DNA of 64,000 nt from positions 4,510 to 68,509 of the forward strand of contig LQMQ01000005.1 in NCBI GenBank assembly GCA_001515205.2, written 5' to 3'. The notes beneath the pieces were generated by a model. The model was not told the origin of the DNA. It saw only the letters and a list, made by a program, of their open reading frames with translations, and ran no database searches. The position numbers were made by a program, and so were the translations under genes. Source of the DNA: Candidatus Hadarchaeum yellowstonense (GTDB taxonomy: Archaea; Hadarchaeota; Hadarchaeia; Hadarchaeales; Hadarchaeaceae). Shown here in pieces: positions 35,930 through 46,482 of the stretch (the first letter of the stretch is position 1; each line of letters begins with the position of its first letter).

Positions 35930-36592
35930 TTAGAGGACTTCTGCCTTCTCCACGTGCCCGCCGCAGTATCTCCTCGCGTAAACGGCGAGGGAGTTCACGG
36001 CGGCCTCGACGCGTTCGCGGGAGATACCGGGGGCATTCCAAACCACGATGATGATCCGGGATGTCTTGTAAGTTACCATAGTGGCCTTGGCGTCGCCCAA
36101 AGTGTAAGCGGAAAGCACCCGCTGGTCATCCCTCAAAATAACCTCGCCGGGCTTGGGGCCGAGCTTGCGGCCATCGATGAGCTCGAAGGGAGCCGTGTCG
36201 GAAGCCAGCGTTGTCCTCAGCTCTCCCTTGACCTTTTCCAGATCATAGACGCCGGCGGACACCCAGTGCTCCACGGTTGCCAGCAGGCAGGAGTCAACGA
36301 CGTTGTTGATCGAGGGAAACCTGTCGTCCAGGGCCCGCTTCACCAGATACTCCGGGGCCGGGCGGTGGCTCGAGGGATCAGCGCCCATCGCCCTGAAGAA
36401 ATCTCGGTAGCATTTTACCTCGGGGAGCTCCCCCAGGTCAACCGCGCCAAGCCTGGCCTTGATATCGCTAAGAACCTGGCGCTTCCTCTCCACCAGTCCC
36501 TCAACGGTGGGCTCAACCGTCACGCCGCTCGCCGTGACATACCCCGCGATGAAACCGGGGTATTTTTCCGTGACCTTTGGATCCAGCTTCAA
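35930..36592 (-). CDS. B3/B4 tRNA-binding-domain protein (PheT B3/B4-like, stand-alone)
   Basis: 220 aa. The pattern CYRDFFRAMGADPSSHRPAPEYLVKR...INNVVDSCLLATVEH is as in COG3382-type proteins. Confidence 0.6.
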   Translation of the reverse strand: MKLDPKVTEKYPGFIAGYVTASGVTVEPTVEGLVERKRQVLSDIKARLGAVDLGELPEVKCYRDFFRAMGADPSSHRPAPEYLVKRALDDRFPSINNVVDSCLLATVEHWVSAGVYDLEKVKGELRTTLASDTAPFELIDGRKLGPKPGEVILRDDQRVLSAYTLGDAKATMVTYKTSRIIIVVWNAPGISRERVEAAVNSLAVYARRYCGGHVEKAEVL

Positions 36593-36730
36593 GTATCAAC
36601 CTCCCTTTATATCTCTGTAGGGGTCCTTTTTTTAACTTTCCAGTAATTCATTTTCCGGAGCCAATGTCGGTGATGATTTAAAGCATGGGCAACAGTAGCT
36701 ATTTTGTCAGCCAAAGGTTAAGGTATCACC

Positions 36731-38281
36731 ATGGTCGCAAAAACAGACGCAATTGTCGTGGTGGATTTCGGGGGGCAGTATGCCCACCTGATCGGACGGA
36801 GGATCAGGGATTTTAACGTCTACTCCGAAATCGTGCCCTACGATGGGGCCGTGGAAGAAATTGAGGAACTGAGGAAAAAATATCACGTCAAGGGGATAAT
36901 CTTCTCCGGTGGTCCCTCAAGCGTTTACCGGGATGACGCCCCCGAAAAAATCAATCGGCTATTTGAACTTGGTTTGCCGATACTGGGAATCTGCTACGGT
37001 CACCAGCTCATCGCCCACGTTGCCGGGGGAAGGGTGAAAGCAGCTGACAGGAAAGAGTACGGGATAACCCTTGCCACCATCGACAGACCCCTAGGCGTCC
37101 TGAAGGGGCTGAAGAGAAAGGAGAAGGTATGGATGAGCCACAGCGACACCGTCTATAGCGTCCCAAGTGAATATCTTGTCCTGGCTCACACCGAAAATTG
37201 CCCGGTGGCCGCACTCAAACACCGGGACAGGCCGATCTTCGGGCTACAGTGGCACCCGGAGGTGACTCACACCGAAAACGGGGAAAGAATGCTGCACAAC
37301 TTCATCTTCGAGGTCTGCGGTTGCCGGCGGAACTGGGTGATGGGGGACTTCGTGAAAAGAGCCATCAGGGAGATAAGACAGGAAACGGGGGGAAAGAAAT
37401 GCATCATTGCCCTCAGCGGGGGCATAGACTCCAGCGTGGCGACCGCCCTGGCCGCCAGAGCCCTAGGGAAAAGACTTACCGCGGTCTTCGTCGATCACGG
37501 CTTCATGAGGGAGGGGGAACCGGAATTTGTGAAGAAAACGTTTGCAAAAATGGGCATCAATTTTGTCGCGGTTGATGCTAGGAAAAGGTTTCTGCAGAAA
37601 TTGAAAGGGGTGACCGACCCGGAGGAAAAGAGGAGGATCATTGGAGAGGAGTTCATCAAGGTCTTTGAGGAGGTGGCGAAAAGGGTCGGCGCCGATTATC
37701 TCATCCAGGGCACCATTTATCCGGACAGGATCGAGTCTGGGTTCAGGAGGAGATCGGAGAAAATCAAGACCCATCACAATGTGGCTGGTCTGCCCACCAA
37801 GATGGAGTTCCGAGGGATAATCGAACCTCTGCGAGATCTTTACAAGGATGAGGTGAGAAGGGTCGCGGAAAGGTTGAAATTACCACCCGAGATCATCCGG
37901 AGACAGCCCTTCCCCGGACCGGGACTGGCGGTCAGGATCACGGGGGAGATAACCCCTGAAAAGATCAAGATCATCAAGGCTGCAGATAGGATTGTCCGTG
38001 AGGAGATAGAAAGGGCCGGGCTGAAGGACGGGCTGTGGCAGTACTTCGCTGTTCTGACCAACACTAAAAGCACCGGGGTCAAGGGTGATGCCCGGGCCTA
38101 CGGCTACACAGTAGCCATCAGGGCGGTCGAGAGCAGGGAGGCAATGACGGCCAGCTTCGCCAAAATCCCTTACGAGATCCTCGAACGGATTTCCACCCGC
38201 ATCACCAATGAAAATCCTGATGTCACCCGGGTAGTCTATGACATCACCCACAAACCCCCGGCCACCATTGAGTGGGAATGA
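36731..38281 (+). CDS. guaA: GMP synthase (glutamine-hydrolysing), fused GATase + ATP-pyrophosphatase
   Basis: 516 aa. The GATase Cys is in GICYGHQL, the PP-loop is SGGIDSSV, and the C-terminus ends KPPATIEWE. Confidence 0.95.
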   Translation: MVAKTDAIVVVDFGGQYAHLIGRRIRDFNVYSEIVPYDGAVEEIEELRKKYHVKGIIFSGGPSSVYRDDAPEKINRLFELGLPILGICYGHQLIAHVAGGRVKAADRKEYGITLATIDRPLGVLKGLKRKEKVWMSHSDTVYSVPSEYLVLAHTENCPVAALKHRDRPIFGLQWHPEVTHTENGERMLHNFIFEVCGCRRNWVMGDFVKRAIREIRQETGGKKCIIALSGGIDSSVATALAARALGKRLTAVFVDHGFMREGEPEFVKKTFAKMGINFVAVDARKRFLQKLKGVTDPEEKRRIIGEEFIKVFEEVAKRVGADYLIQGTIYPDRIESGFRRRSEKIKTHHNVAGLPTKMEFRGIIEPLRDLYKDEVRRVAERLKLPPEIIRRQPFPGPGLAVRITGEITPEKIKIIKAADRIVREEIERAGLKDGLWQYFAVLTNTKSTGVKGDARAYGYTVAIRAVESREAMTASFAKIPYEILERISTRITNENPDVTRVVYDITHKPPATIEWE

Positions 38282-38286
38282 AAGGG

Positions 38287-38922
38287 CTACAGGCGCCCTG
38301 CCCTGAGGCGCTTCCTCACGTAGGCCAAGATGATCCCCAGGGCGATCACGGTTAATGCGATTGAAGCGGCGGTGATGGCCAAATCATCCGTCTCAGCGAT
38401 GAAGGCGATTGAAACCGCGGCCAAAAAGACTCCGAAGTAAAGGCTGGCATTGCTGCTCAGGAATCTGGTAAACTCCAAACGAATGACCCGGTGATATCTG
38501 TTCAAGAAGATGAGCACTGAAGAAAAAATCACAAACGTTACCACCAGCGTGTAGGTAAGGCCCGTTCGGTAATCTCCGAAGGTCAGCAGAAGCCCGACCT
38601 CATCCCCGATCAGGCCACCTCCGGCTCCGAAGAGAATGGCCGCCAAACGATCGGCACGCTCATCGCGGTAGGTGATTCCCAGCCACCCACCTATTGCCAT
38701 CATCGCGAGACCAAACCAGAAGTGATGAATGTGAAAGCCACCGCTGACCAGGACGACGTTGGGGTAGAGAGTTGTGAATGCCCGGGCGATCAAAAAGGCC
38801 GCGATGAAGGAAAGCAGTGCCAGCACCGATAGATTGGGCCTCAGCTCCGACCTTTCCGAGGGCAAACGACCACCCCGCCGGTCAGGAAATAATCTGACAA
38901 ATTCACTTAAATCATCATCCAT
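38287..38922 (-). CDS. Polytopic membrane protein, unknown function
   Basis: 211 aa with ~5 TM helices and a HIHHFWFG motif. Confidence 0.55.
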   Translation of the reverse strand: MDDDLSEFVRLFPDRRGGRLPSERSELRPNLSVLALLSFIAAFLIARAFTTLYPNVVLVSGGFHIHHFWFGLAMMAIGGWLGITYRDERADRLAAILFGAGGGLIGDEVGLLLTFGDYRTGLTYTLVVTFVIFSSVLIFLNRYHRVIRLEFTRFLSSNASLYFGVFLAAVSIAFIAETDDLAITAASIALTVIALGIILAYVRKRLRAGRL

Positions 38923-38990
38923 CCGCTGCTCTCAGCTGTTGCCACCCCGGTTTCAAAGGCATCCATCTTTCGGGGCCGATAGCGGTTGAT

Positions 38991-39764
38991 TTAAACCGTG
39001 GCAAGCTCGGTGTACTTTTTCAGCTGAAATCTTCTGCCCGCCTCCTCATCCCTCAGCAGATCCGATATTTCCCTGTTCATACCCTCGGCCTCCAGGGCAA
39101 ACCTCCGATGACGGTCTAGAAAACTGGCCAGTTCCGCGTCAGAGAAGTTAAACCCCTTGAGGCATAGAATGAGGGACTCGTCCAGCGGGGTAAGATAGAT
39201 GTCCTCCAGAACCACCACCCTCAAATCGAAATTTTCAGCAAGCCGGCAGGAGACCTCCGGTGCATGGAGCCGGCCGATCACCACATGGAGATGCCCCAGA
39301 TCCCGGGCCAGGGCACCCAGCCTCTCCGCTATTGCCGCGTTCCTCCTTCTGGTTTCCTTCAGCAGCTCCCGGTAAAGGGCCGAGATTGGGGCGAAATCGT
39401 CGCCTCTCAGCAGGGCTACAACCAGCTCGTCCCTGCTCAAAACCCAATCGTTGTAAATGTCAAGCTCCTCGTAGCAATGAACGGTAAAATCTCTGTTCCT
39501 CCGGTAGAGCTCGGGGAGGGCTTGGAAAATGGGCCGGAAACCGGGCTCAAAATAGGGGGAGATCACGTCGGCCGCGAGGAGAAATGCCATCAGGCCGTCG
39601 CAGGAATTTTCGCCTCGAACGTAACCGTTTACCCGCGCCTCTACCTCCCGGGGAAGTTCCAGACCCAGATGGATGCACCCATCCCTCAAAAGATAATCCG
39701 CAACCAGCTGGCTGAACCTGGCCTCATGAGGGGCGGGGAGCAACTTGATCAGGGGTCTTTTCAT
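38991..39764 (-). CDS. Hypothetical protein
   Basis: 257 aa, soluble-looking. I recognise no family. Confidence 0.5.
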   Translation of the reverse strand: MKRPLIKLLPAPHEARFSQLVADYLLRDGCIHLGLELPREVEARVNGYVRGENSCDGLMAFLLAADVISPYFEPGFRPIFQALPELYRRNRDFTVHCYEELDIYNDWVLSRDELVVALLRGDDFAPISALYRELLKETRRRNAAIAERLGALARDLGHLHVVIGRLHAPEVSCRLAENFDLRVVVLEDIYLTPLDESLILCLKGFNFSDAELASFLDRHRRFALEAEGMNREISDLLRDEEAGRRFQLKKYTELATV

Positions 39765-39869
39765 TCAAACGTTATTGTTCAATCGGTCCCATTAAAATTA
39801 CTGATTTTCCCAAGATGACCTAGGGCACGGAAACCACCGCAGGGGGAACCACTGAAAGGCGGGTGAAGG

Positions 39870-41075
39870 TTACTTCTTGGGTCTCAAGAGAAGCGAGATT
39901 ACCACCGCTATCGCACAAAGCACGCCCGCAATCTGGAAGGCCATAAAGTAATTCTTGGTGAGGTCAAACAGGTACCCGCTCAGATATGGCCCAAGCACTC
40001 CGCCGACACCGTAGGCGGTGAAGACAAAGCCGTAGTTTATGCCGTAGTACTTTGTACCGAAGAAGTCAGCGGTAACTGAGGGGAAGATGGACAGATTGCC
40101 ACCAAAGCAGAAACCAACCACAGCGACGGCGATAAACAGGTAAATTCCGGTAGCGCCGACCAAGGAGAACATCACCGCGGCCTGAATGATGAACATAATC
40201 GTCATCGATTTTACCCTGCCGATCCTGTCGGAAATTGCTCCCCAAGAAATCCTGCCTAGGCCGTTGAAGATGGCCAGCACGCTCACGGCCAATGCCGCCA
40301 GAAGGGCGTCCATTCCCGTCTCCTGCGCAAACTTAGCCACATGACCAATGACGCCCAGCCCAGAGGTCGTGCCAAAGGTATACATCAACCAGATCATCCA
40401 GAACTTTTTCGTTCTCAGCATCTGTCTCCAAGTATAGTCCTGCGCTGGGGCGGCCGTAGCTGAGCCAGATGACTTCCAACCAGCTGGACACCAGCCCGGA
40501 GGCGGCAACCTGAGGCCCTGAGCACCACCGACCGCCACTAGGAGAAAGACTATCCCCAAGAGCTGAAAGGCTGCCTTCCAGCCAACTGTGTTTATTAAAT
40601 AGGTGGCCAGCGGTGCCAGAAAAGCAGAGCTGAGGCCGAAGCCGCAGATTATTATTCCGGTGACCAAGCCTTTTTTATCCGGGAACCACTTAACGCAGGT
40701 CGCGATGGGTGTGACATAGGCGAGGGCGACGCCGGCGCCGGCGATGAATCCGTATGTCAAGTACAGCCAAGGAAGAGAAGAAGTGAAGCTCGCCAGAATG
40801 AATCCAAGGCCCAGAAGCAGGCCCCCGGCCGTGGCCACTTTTCTCGGCCCCATCCTGTCGTTGAGCCGGCCGGCGGGAATCATCACTATCGCAAAGGTCA
40901 ACAGGAGTATGGTAAATGCCAGCGAGGTCTCCGCGGTCGTCCAGCCGAACTCATTCATGAGCGGCTTGAGGAAGACGCTCCAGGCGTAAACCACGCCCAG
41001 CGTCAGGTTGATGGCAAAGCCGCAGGGAACCACGAACCACCGATTGAACTCAGCCGTGCTGACTCCTCCCTCCAC
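39870..41075 (-). CDS. MFS transporter (oxalate/formate antiporter-like)
   Basis: 401 aa with 12 TM-like segments and a GRLNDRMGPRK loop 2-3 motif. Confidence 0.8.
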   Translation of the reverse strand: MEGGVSTAEFNRWFVVPCGFAINLTLGVVYAWSVFLKPLMNEFGWTTAETSLAFTILLLTFAIVMIPAGRLNDRMGPRKVATAGGLLLGLGFILASFTSSLPWLYLTYGFIAGAGVALAYVTPIATCVKWFPDKKGLVTGIIICGFGLSSAFLAPLATYLINTVGWKAAFQLLGIVFLLVAVGGAQGLRLPPPGWCPAGWKSSGSATAAPAQDYTWRQMLRTKKFWMIWLMYTFGTTSGLGVIGHVAKFAQETGMDALLAALAVSVLAIFNGLGRISWGAISDRIGRVKSMTIMFIIQAAVMFSLVGATGIYLFIAVAVVGFCFGGNLSIFPSVTADFFGTKYYGINYGFVFTAYGVGGVLGPYLSGYLFDLTKNYFMAFQIAGVLCAIAVVISLLLRPKK

Positions 41076-41507
41076 TGATTAGATAGAGTAAAGTCATTGC
41101 GGTTTTTAAAGTTATTGCTAGAAACTTCTAAAAGGATCTGTGACCCGTCGGGCTTCAACCATCGCTCACTTTACGCCGAGGAATGGTCGGAACAGGTTTG
41201 CCGAACAAGAAGAATGGCCGGGGTCTAAACACTAGATGAGGAATATGAAAAACAATCTTGGCATCGGGAAAATGTTGGCTTCATCGGAGGGCTAACGGGC
41301 CGCTTCAAACATTAAGTTTGACATCGGTCACGAAAAGGTCAGTTCTACCGATTAGTTTTTTGTAGCAGGGTATCGAAATGATTATGGCGGCGGAGACCAG
41401 CTAGCCCTGACTGGCGTTGGCCAACGCTTTGGAGGATCGGCACACACTCACCGCCGCCTACAGTTGAAGAAAAGCTAAATCAACTTTAAGAAAAATTATT
41501 TGATGGT

Positions 41508-41795
41508 ATGAAGGTTAGGGCCCACGTCTACGTCAGTGGTCTGGTTCAGGGCGTCTGCTTCAGGGCTTACACGCAGGAGCTGGCGCGGGAACTCGGCGTC
41601 ACCGGGTGGGTCAGAAACCTTCCCGACGGCAGGGTCGAGGCGATCTTCGAGGGCGACCGGGAAAAGGTGGAGGAGATGATAAACTTCTGCCGGCGGGGCC
41701 CTCCCGGAGCCGACGTGAGCGACGTGGAGGTGAGCTGGGAGAAATACCGGGGCGAGTTCACCGATTTCAGCATCCGATCGAGGTGGACGGGATGA
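41508..41795 (+). CDS. acyP: Acylphosphatase
   Basis: 95 aa. VSGLVQGVCFRAYT...GWVRNLPDGRVE. Confidence 0.9.
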   Translation: MKVRAHVYVSGLVQGVCFRAYTQELARELGVTGWVRNLPDGRVEAIFEGDREKVEEMINFCRRGPPGADVSDVEVSWEKYRGEFTDFSIRSRWTG

Positions 41796-42253
41796 AAGTT
41801 CGTTCCATTTCTGAAATTATGGAAGAAATGCTCAGAAAGTACCGGCAAAAGCCGAGCCTTCAGGAAAAGTGGCGTTTTCTGGCGGGCCGCGATGACCGGG
41901 GCTACAGCGATTTTTTCATTTACGGGCCCACCTTCGGCATCTGGCAGATAAAGGGTGAACTCAGAAACCCGTACGAGCTGGTCGGGGCCGGGGCAAGGGT
42001 GTTCGCCAGAAAAATGGACGAAGAAATAAGGGAAATTATGGAACGGGGGGCACCTATGCCCTTCGGCTTTCTGTCCCCACATCCACGGTTGAGGGATCAC
42101 GTCATCGTGGCCTCAGGAATAGGCCGTTACCAAGAGTCAATGGACGAGATCCGGGCCGCGCTGCCGGACAGCCACCACGCCGCCGAGCGGGAACTCAGGA
42201 AAAAGCTGGAAGAACTTCGCCGAAAATTTGGCCTCGACACCCCCTACCTCTGA
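41792..42253 (+). CDS. Hypothetical protein coupled to acyP
   Basis: 153 aa counted from an ATG that forms an ATGA overlap with the acyP stop. I recognise no family. Confidence 0.5.
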   Translation: MKVRSISEIMEEMLRKYRQKPSLQEKWRFLAGRDDRGYSDFFIYGPTFGIWQIKGELRNPYELVGAGARVFARKMDEEIREIMERGAPMPFGFLSPHPRLRDHVIVASGIGRYQESMDEIRAALPDSHHAAERELRKKLEELRRKFGLDTPYL

Positions 42254-42349
42254 CCAATGTCGAAAAACCGGCTAATCGAGGTTAAGGCCTTGTCCCGATA
42301 ACTCAGAAGAGAGATAAGCCCTGAAGATGAAATATTTCTGGTGTGAATT

Positions 42350-45208
42350 TTGGAAACCAGCGCCTTCGACCTCCTGGCCAGGCCCATCCGTAAAATGCTG
42401 GAGGAGCTGGGCTTTCGGGAACCGACCCTTCCTCAGCAGGCGGCGATACCGAAAATACTGGAGGGAAAAAACATCCTGCTGATCTCTCCGGCGGGGACCG
42501 GAAAGACGGAGGCGGCTTTTCTACCTGCCCTTCACCGTCTTCTCACTTCACCAACCCGGGAGCCGGGCATAAAAATAATCTACATCACCCCGCTCCGGGC
42601 CTTAAACCGGGATCTCCTCGAGCGGCTAGGCCGCCTCTGCCGGGAACTCGACCTGAGGATCTCCGTCAGGCACGGCGACACTGCTACCCGGGAAAGGAGA
42701 ATGCAGGCTCTGATGCCACCGGATGTGATGATCACTACTCCGGAAACCCTTCAGATCCTGCTGCTGGGCAGAAAGCTGAGGGAGTACCTAAGGAGCGTTC
42801 GCTTGGTAATTGTGGACGAAGTTCACGAACTGGCCGACAACAAGCGGGGGGCACAGCTTGCCATCACTCTGGAAAGGATGAGAGATCTAAAGGGAGGTGA
42901 CTTCCAAGTGGTGGGCCTTTCCGCAACCATCGGCGCCCCCGAGGAGGTGGCCAATTTTCTTGTCGGCAACGGCAGAGAATGTGAGATAATTGACGTCAGC
43001 GTTGCCCGTGAGGTGAAAATATCCGTCCTTTACCCTACCACGAGGAAGGGCGACGAAACGCTGGCGGCAGAGCTCTACACCTTTCCGGCCGTGGCCGCCA
43101 GGCTCCGCACCATGAGAAAGCTCATCGAGGAGCACGGCTCCACCCTGATTTTCACCAACACCCGGGCCACTGCCGAGGTTCTCGCCAGCAGATTTCACCT
43201 CTGGGATGTGAAATTCCCCATCGGCGTGCATCACGGCTCCCTGTCGGCTTTCACCAGGTTGCGTGGCGAGAGGGGGCTGAAGCAGGGGGAAATCAAGGCA
43301 CTCATCTGCACCTCTTCCATGGAACTGGGATTGGACATCGGTGGCGTTGACCTGGTCATCCAGTACAACTCGCCGCGACAGGCGACCCGGCTGCTCCAGC
43401 GCGTGGGACGCAGCGGGCACAGGATTGGGGAGGTCTCCAAGGGCGTGATTATCGTCCAAGACCCTGACGATGCCCTCGAATCCATAGTGATCGCTGCCCG
43501 TTCGCAAGAGTACCAGCTTGAGCCGATCCAAGTGCCGGAAAAGCCCCTGGATGTCCTGCTGCATTCGCTCGTTTCAATCCTGGCAGCCCAGAGGACGGGA
43601 TCCGTCGACGAGGCCTACGAAACCGTGCGCCGCGCCTATCCCTTCAGAAATCTGACCAAGGAGGAACTGCTCGCCGTGTTGAGGTTCGCCCAGAGCTTGG
43701 AAAAGAGACTGGTGTGGGTCTCAGATGACGGAAGGGAGTTCACCCGACCGAGATCGACTCAACGAATTTTTGACTATTACTACGACAACCTTTCGATGAT
43801 CCCGGAACTCAAGCAGTACCTTGTCGTGGAAGACCAGCACAACCGTCCCGTGGGAATACTGGATGAGTCCTTCATCGCCGAGTACGGGGAGCCAGGGGTG
43901 AAGTTCGTCATGGGGGGAGAACTCTGGAGAATACTGCAGGTCTTTCGGGACAAGGTGTTCGTGAAGCCCGACAAAGATCCGGTGGGCTCCATCCCGACCT
44001 GGATCGGGGAGGAGATTCCCGTCCCCTACTCGGTAGCCCAAGAGGTCGGCAGAATCAGGGGCAAGGTTGAGGGGCTCCTGAAATCCGGAAAAAAATTCGA
44101 TGAAATTGTCTCGGATCTCGCCCGGGAATACCGCGCCGATCCGGAAACAATGAAGCTGGCCCTGAGCTGCATTCGCGACCAAGTTAATGCCAACCTCGCC
44201 GTCCCCACAGACTCCCTCCTGACCGTGGAGAAGGTCAAAGATATCTGCGTGGTCAACGCCTGTTTCGGCACTCTGGTCAACCGCACCCTCGCCCGGGTGT
44301 TGGCCCACAAGGCCTCGGAGGAGACGGGAGAAAGCGTGGGGACAACGATTGACCCCTACCGCGTCCTGCTGAGATCGAGAACGGTGGAACCCGATGACAT
44401 CTTGAAAATACTGAAGGGGGGGCTCACCGCCGATGTGCAAAAGGATGTCCGCAAAATAATCGAGGAAAGCCGGTTCTTCAGGTGGCGCTTGGCCCAGGTG
44501 GCGAGGAGAATGGGGGTTCTGGAGCGCGAGGCTGAGTTGACCAGCTCAGCCATCGACAGGCTCTCACGGGCGCTTAGGGGCACCCCAGTTTTCGAGGAGA
44601 CCTTCAAGGAGGTGGAGCACAAGGACCTCGACCTGAGAAAAACACTGGAAGTGCTGGAAAAGATAAGGTCCGGGGAAATAGCGGTGGTCTCCCTCGGCAG
44701 GTTGCCCGAGCCGAGCCCGGTCTCCCAGCTGGCCTGGGAACAGCGCTATCTGGCTCTGGAGCCGGTGATGCCGGAAAGGACTAAGCTGCTTGCCCTGGCC
44801 TCAGCCAAGGCGCGACTGCTGAGCGAGGCCCGCACCTTCGCCTGCACCGATTGCAAAAAATACGTCAGAGAGCTCCAGCTTCATCAGCTGGAGGAAAGGC
44901 CGAGATGCCCGAACTGCGGCTCAACTAAACTGGGCATGGTCGAGGAGCCCGAGAGTGAGGTGCGTCGGGCCATAGAGCTGGTGGAGAGGGGACGGGAAGT
45001 CACCCTCTGGAATGAAATCACCGAGAGCGCCAAACTGATCTCTCAGTACGGGAAGATTGCCGCGCTGGGTCTGGCCGGCCGGGGGCTAACTGTTTCCGCG
45101 GTGAGGGAGATCATCGCCAAGGAGCCCAGATTTTCCAACAGATTTCTGGAGCTGGTGCTGAAGAAAGAACGTGAGGCCATGTTCAGGAGATTCAAGTGGG
45201 GCGGCTGA
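42350..45208 (+). CDS. lhr: Lhr-family large ATP-dependent helicase (DEVH box) with a C-terminal zinc ribbon
   Basis: 952 aa. Motif I is SPAGTGKTEAA and motif II is VDEVHE. SAT and QRVGRSGH are present, and the C-terminus has CTDC...CPNC. Confidence 0.85.
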   Translation: METSAFDLLARPIRKMLEELGFREPTLPQQAAIPKILEGKNILLISPAGTGKTEAAFLPALHRLLTSPTREPGIKIIYITPLRALNRDLLERLGRLCRELDLRISVRHGDTATRERRMQALMPPDVMITTPETLQILLLGRKLREYLRSVRLVIVDEVHELADNKRGAQLAITLERMRDLKGGDFQVVGLSATIGAPEEVANFLVGNGRECEIIDVSVAREVKISVLYPTTRKGDETLAAELYTFPAVAARLRTMRKLIEEHGSTLIFTNTRATAEVLASRFHLWDVKFPIGVHHGSLSAFTRLRGERGLKQGEIKALICTSSMELGLDIGGVDLVIQYNSPRQATRLLQRVGRSGHRIGEVSKGVIIVQDPDDALESIVIAARSQEYQLEPIQVPEKPLDVLLHSLVSILAAQRTGSVDEAYETVRRAYPFRNLTKEELLAVLRFAQSLEKRLVWVSDDGREFTRPRSTQRIFDYYYDNLSMIPELKQYLVVEDQHNRPVGILDESFIAEYGEPGVKFVMGGELWRILQVFRDKVFVKPDKDPVGSIPTWIGEEIPVPYSVAQEVGRIRGKVEGLLKSGKKFDEIVSDLAREYRADPETMKLALSCIRDQVNANLAVPTDSLLTVEKVKDICVVNACFGTLVNRTLARVLAHKASEETGESVGTTIDPYRVLLRSRTVEPDDILKILKGGLTADVQKDVRKIIEESRFFRWRLAQVARRMGVLEREAELTSSAIDRLSRALRGTPVFEETFKEVEHKDLDLRKTLEVLEKIRSGEIAVVSLGRLPEPSPVSQLAWEQRYLALEPVMPERTKLLALASAKARLLSEARTFACTDCKKYVRELQLHQLEERPRCPNCGSTKLGMVEEPESEVRRAIELVERGREVTLWNEITESAKLISQYGKIAALGLAGRGLTVSAVREIIAKEPRFSNRFLELVLKKEREAMFRRFKWGG

Positions 45209-45296
45209 TGCTGGTTAAATAATCCCGCAGCCATTTAGTGTTGAGCGTGAAAACAGGCGAGGGGTTCACCTGACAAGATCCAAGATAGCCGGCATT

Positions 45297-46415
45297 GTGA
45301 AAAGGCATGAGAAGCTTAGGGCAGAAGGTCTCAACCTCATCGCCTCAGAAAATTATCTCTCCCCCGCGGCCCGTGAGGCGCTGGCCAGCGACCTCGCCGG
45401 GCGCTACCACTCCGACTTCTACGGCGGCTCAAAGTTTGCCCGGGAGGTAATCGAAGCCACGGAAGAACTGGCTGAAAGGCTCTTCCGCGCCAGACACGCC
45501 ATCGTCTCGCCTCTTTCCGGAACTATGTGCGACCTCGCCGTGATGCTGGCCTACACCGAACCTAGTGACGCCGTGGCAATGGTTCCCTTCAGCGCCGGCG
45601 GCTTTCCGCTGGGCGTCCAAAAGTTCCACCGCAGAATGGTTCACCTTCCCGTGGACGACGACCAACAGGTCGACATCTGCCAAGCCAAGAGTCTGATCTC
45701 CGAAGAAAAGGTAAAGCTGACCATCCTCGGGGCCTCTTACCTTCTCTTTCCTCACCCCGTCAAAGAGCTGGGCAGATTCATCAAGGACGCACAACTGCCG
45801 TGCCTGTTGGGATACGACGGCTCCCACGTCCTGGGCTTGATCGCCTGCGGAGAATTTCAGGATCCTCTCCGGGAGGGGGCGGAAATACTGTTCGGCAGCA
45901 CCCACAAGACCCTTTACGGCCCCCAAGGAGGGATGATCCTCACCAACTCGGAGGAACACGAACGAACGCTGAGAAATTTACTCGATATTGACCTGGAAAC
46001 CGGGATCGGGCTCGTCGACAACCCGCATGTAAACAGGATCGCTGCCCTGGGGGTGGCCTTGGAGGAGCTGCTGAAAGACAGGGGATACGGCAAACGGGTA
46101 ATCAGAAACGCCAAAATGCTGGCCCGGGCGCTAGATGAGTCGGGGGTCCCGGTCAGGTTCAGGCGGAGGGGCTATACCGAAAGTCACCAGATCCTCCTCG
46201 ACCTGAGCCCGGAAAAGGCGAGGGAATTTTGCCACCAGCTCGAAAGGGTAAACATCTTCATCGATGTGGCGGGGAGGATAGGAGTCGCCGAGGTGACGCG
46301 ACGCGGGATGGGTTCCTCCGAGATGCTTAGAGTTGCCGAGCTGATGGCCCAAGTCTATAAAAATGGTCCGGCTCCCGAGTTGAAAAAACAGGTGAAAAGA
46401 CTGGTAAATCGGTGA
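45297..46415 (+). CDS. glyA: Serine hydroxymethyltransferase-like PLP enzyme (short, divergent)
   Basis: 372 aa with a GTG start. Motifs LNLIASENY and GSTHKTLYGPQGG (PLP-Lys). The canonical YAEG.PG.RYYGG is replaced by RYHSDFYGG. Confidence 0.7.
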   Translation: MKRHEKLRAEGLNLIASENYLSPAAREALASDLAGRYHSDFYGGSKFAREVIEATEELAERLFRARHAIVSPLSGTMCDLAVMLAYTEPSDAVAMVPFSAGGFPLGVQKFHRRMVHLPVDDDQQVDICQAKSLISEEKVKLTILGASYLLFPHPVKELGRFIKDAQLPCLLGYDGSHVLGLIACGEFQDPLREGAEILFGSTHKTLYGPQGGMILTNSEEHERTLRNLLDIDLETGIGLVDNPHVNRIAALGVALEELLKDRGYGKRVIRNAKMLARALDESGVPVRFRRRGYTESHQILLDLSPEKAREFCHQLERVNIFIDVAGRIGVAEVTRRGMGSSEMLRVAELMAQVYKNGPAPELKKQVKRLVNR

Positions 46416-46482
46416 AACTGGCACCGTCCTCATTTATTAGCACGGCCCAGGATAACTGTTAAGAAGCGCGAGGGTACCTTCC

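Noticed and set aside
35876-36646. A 256-aa plus-strand ORF opposite the B3/B4-domain gene, and similar antisense ORFs at 52655..53371, 55292..55894 and 60452..61081
   Set aside because: Their composition is low-complexity and rich in Arg, Pro, Leu and Ser. Each lies antisense to a gene with clear domain motifs.
41076-41507. A 430-bp ORF-free, somewhat AT-richer interval between the divergent MFS transporter and acyP genes
   Set aside because: I saw no convincing helices, repeats or conserved motifs. The simplest explanation is an extended divergent promoter region.
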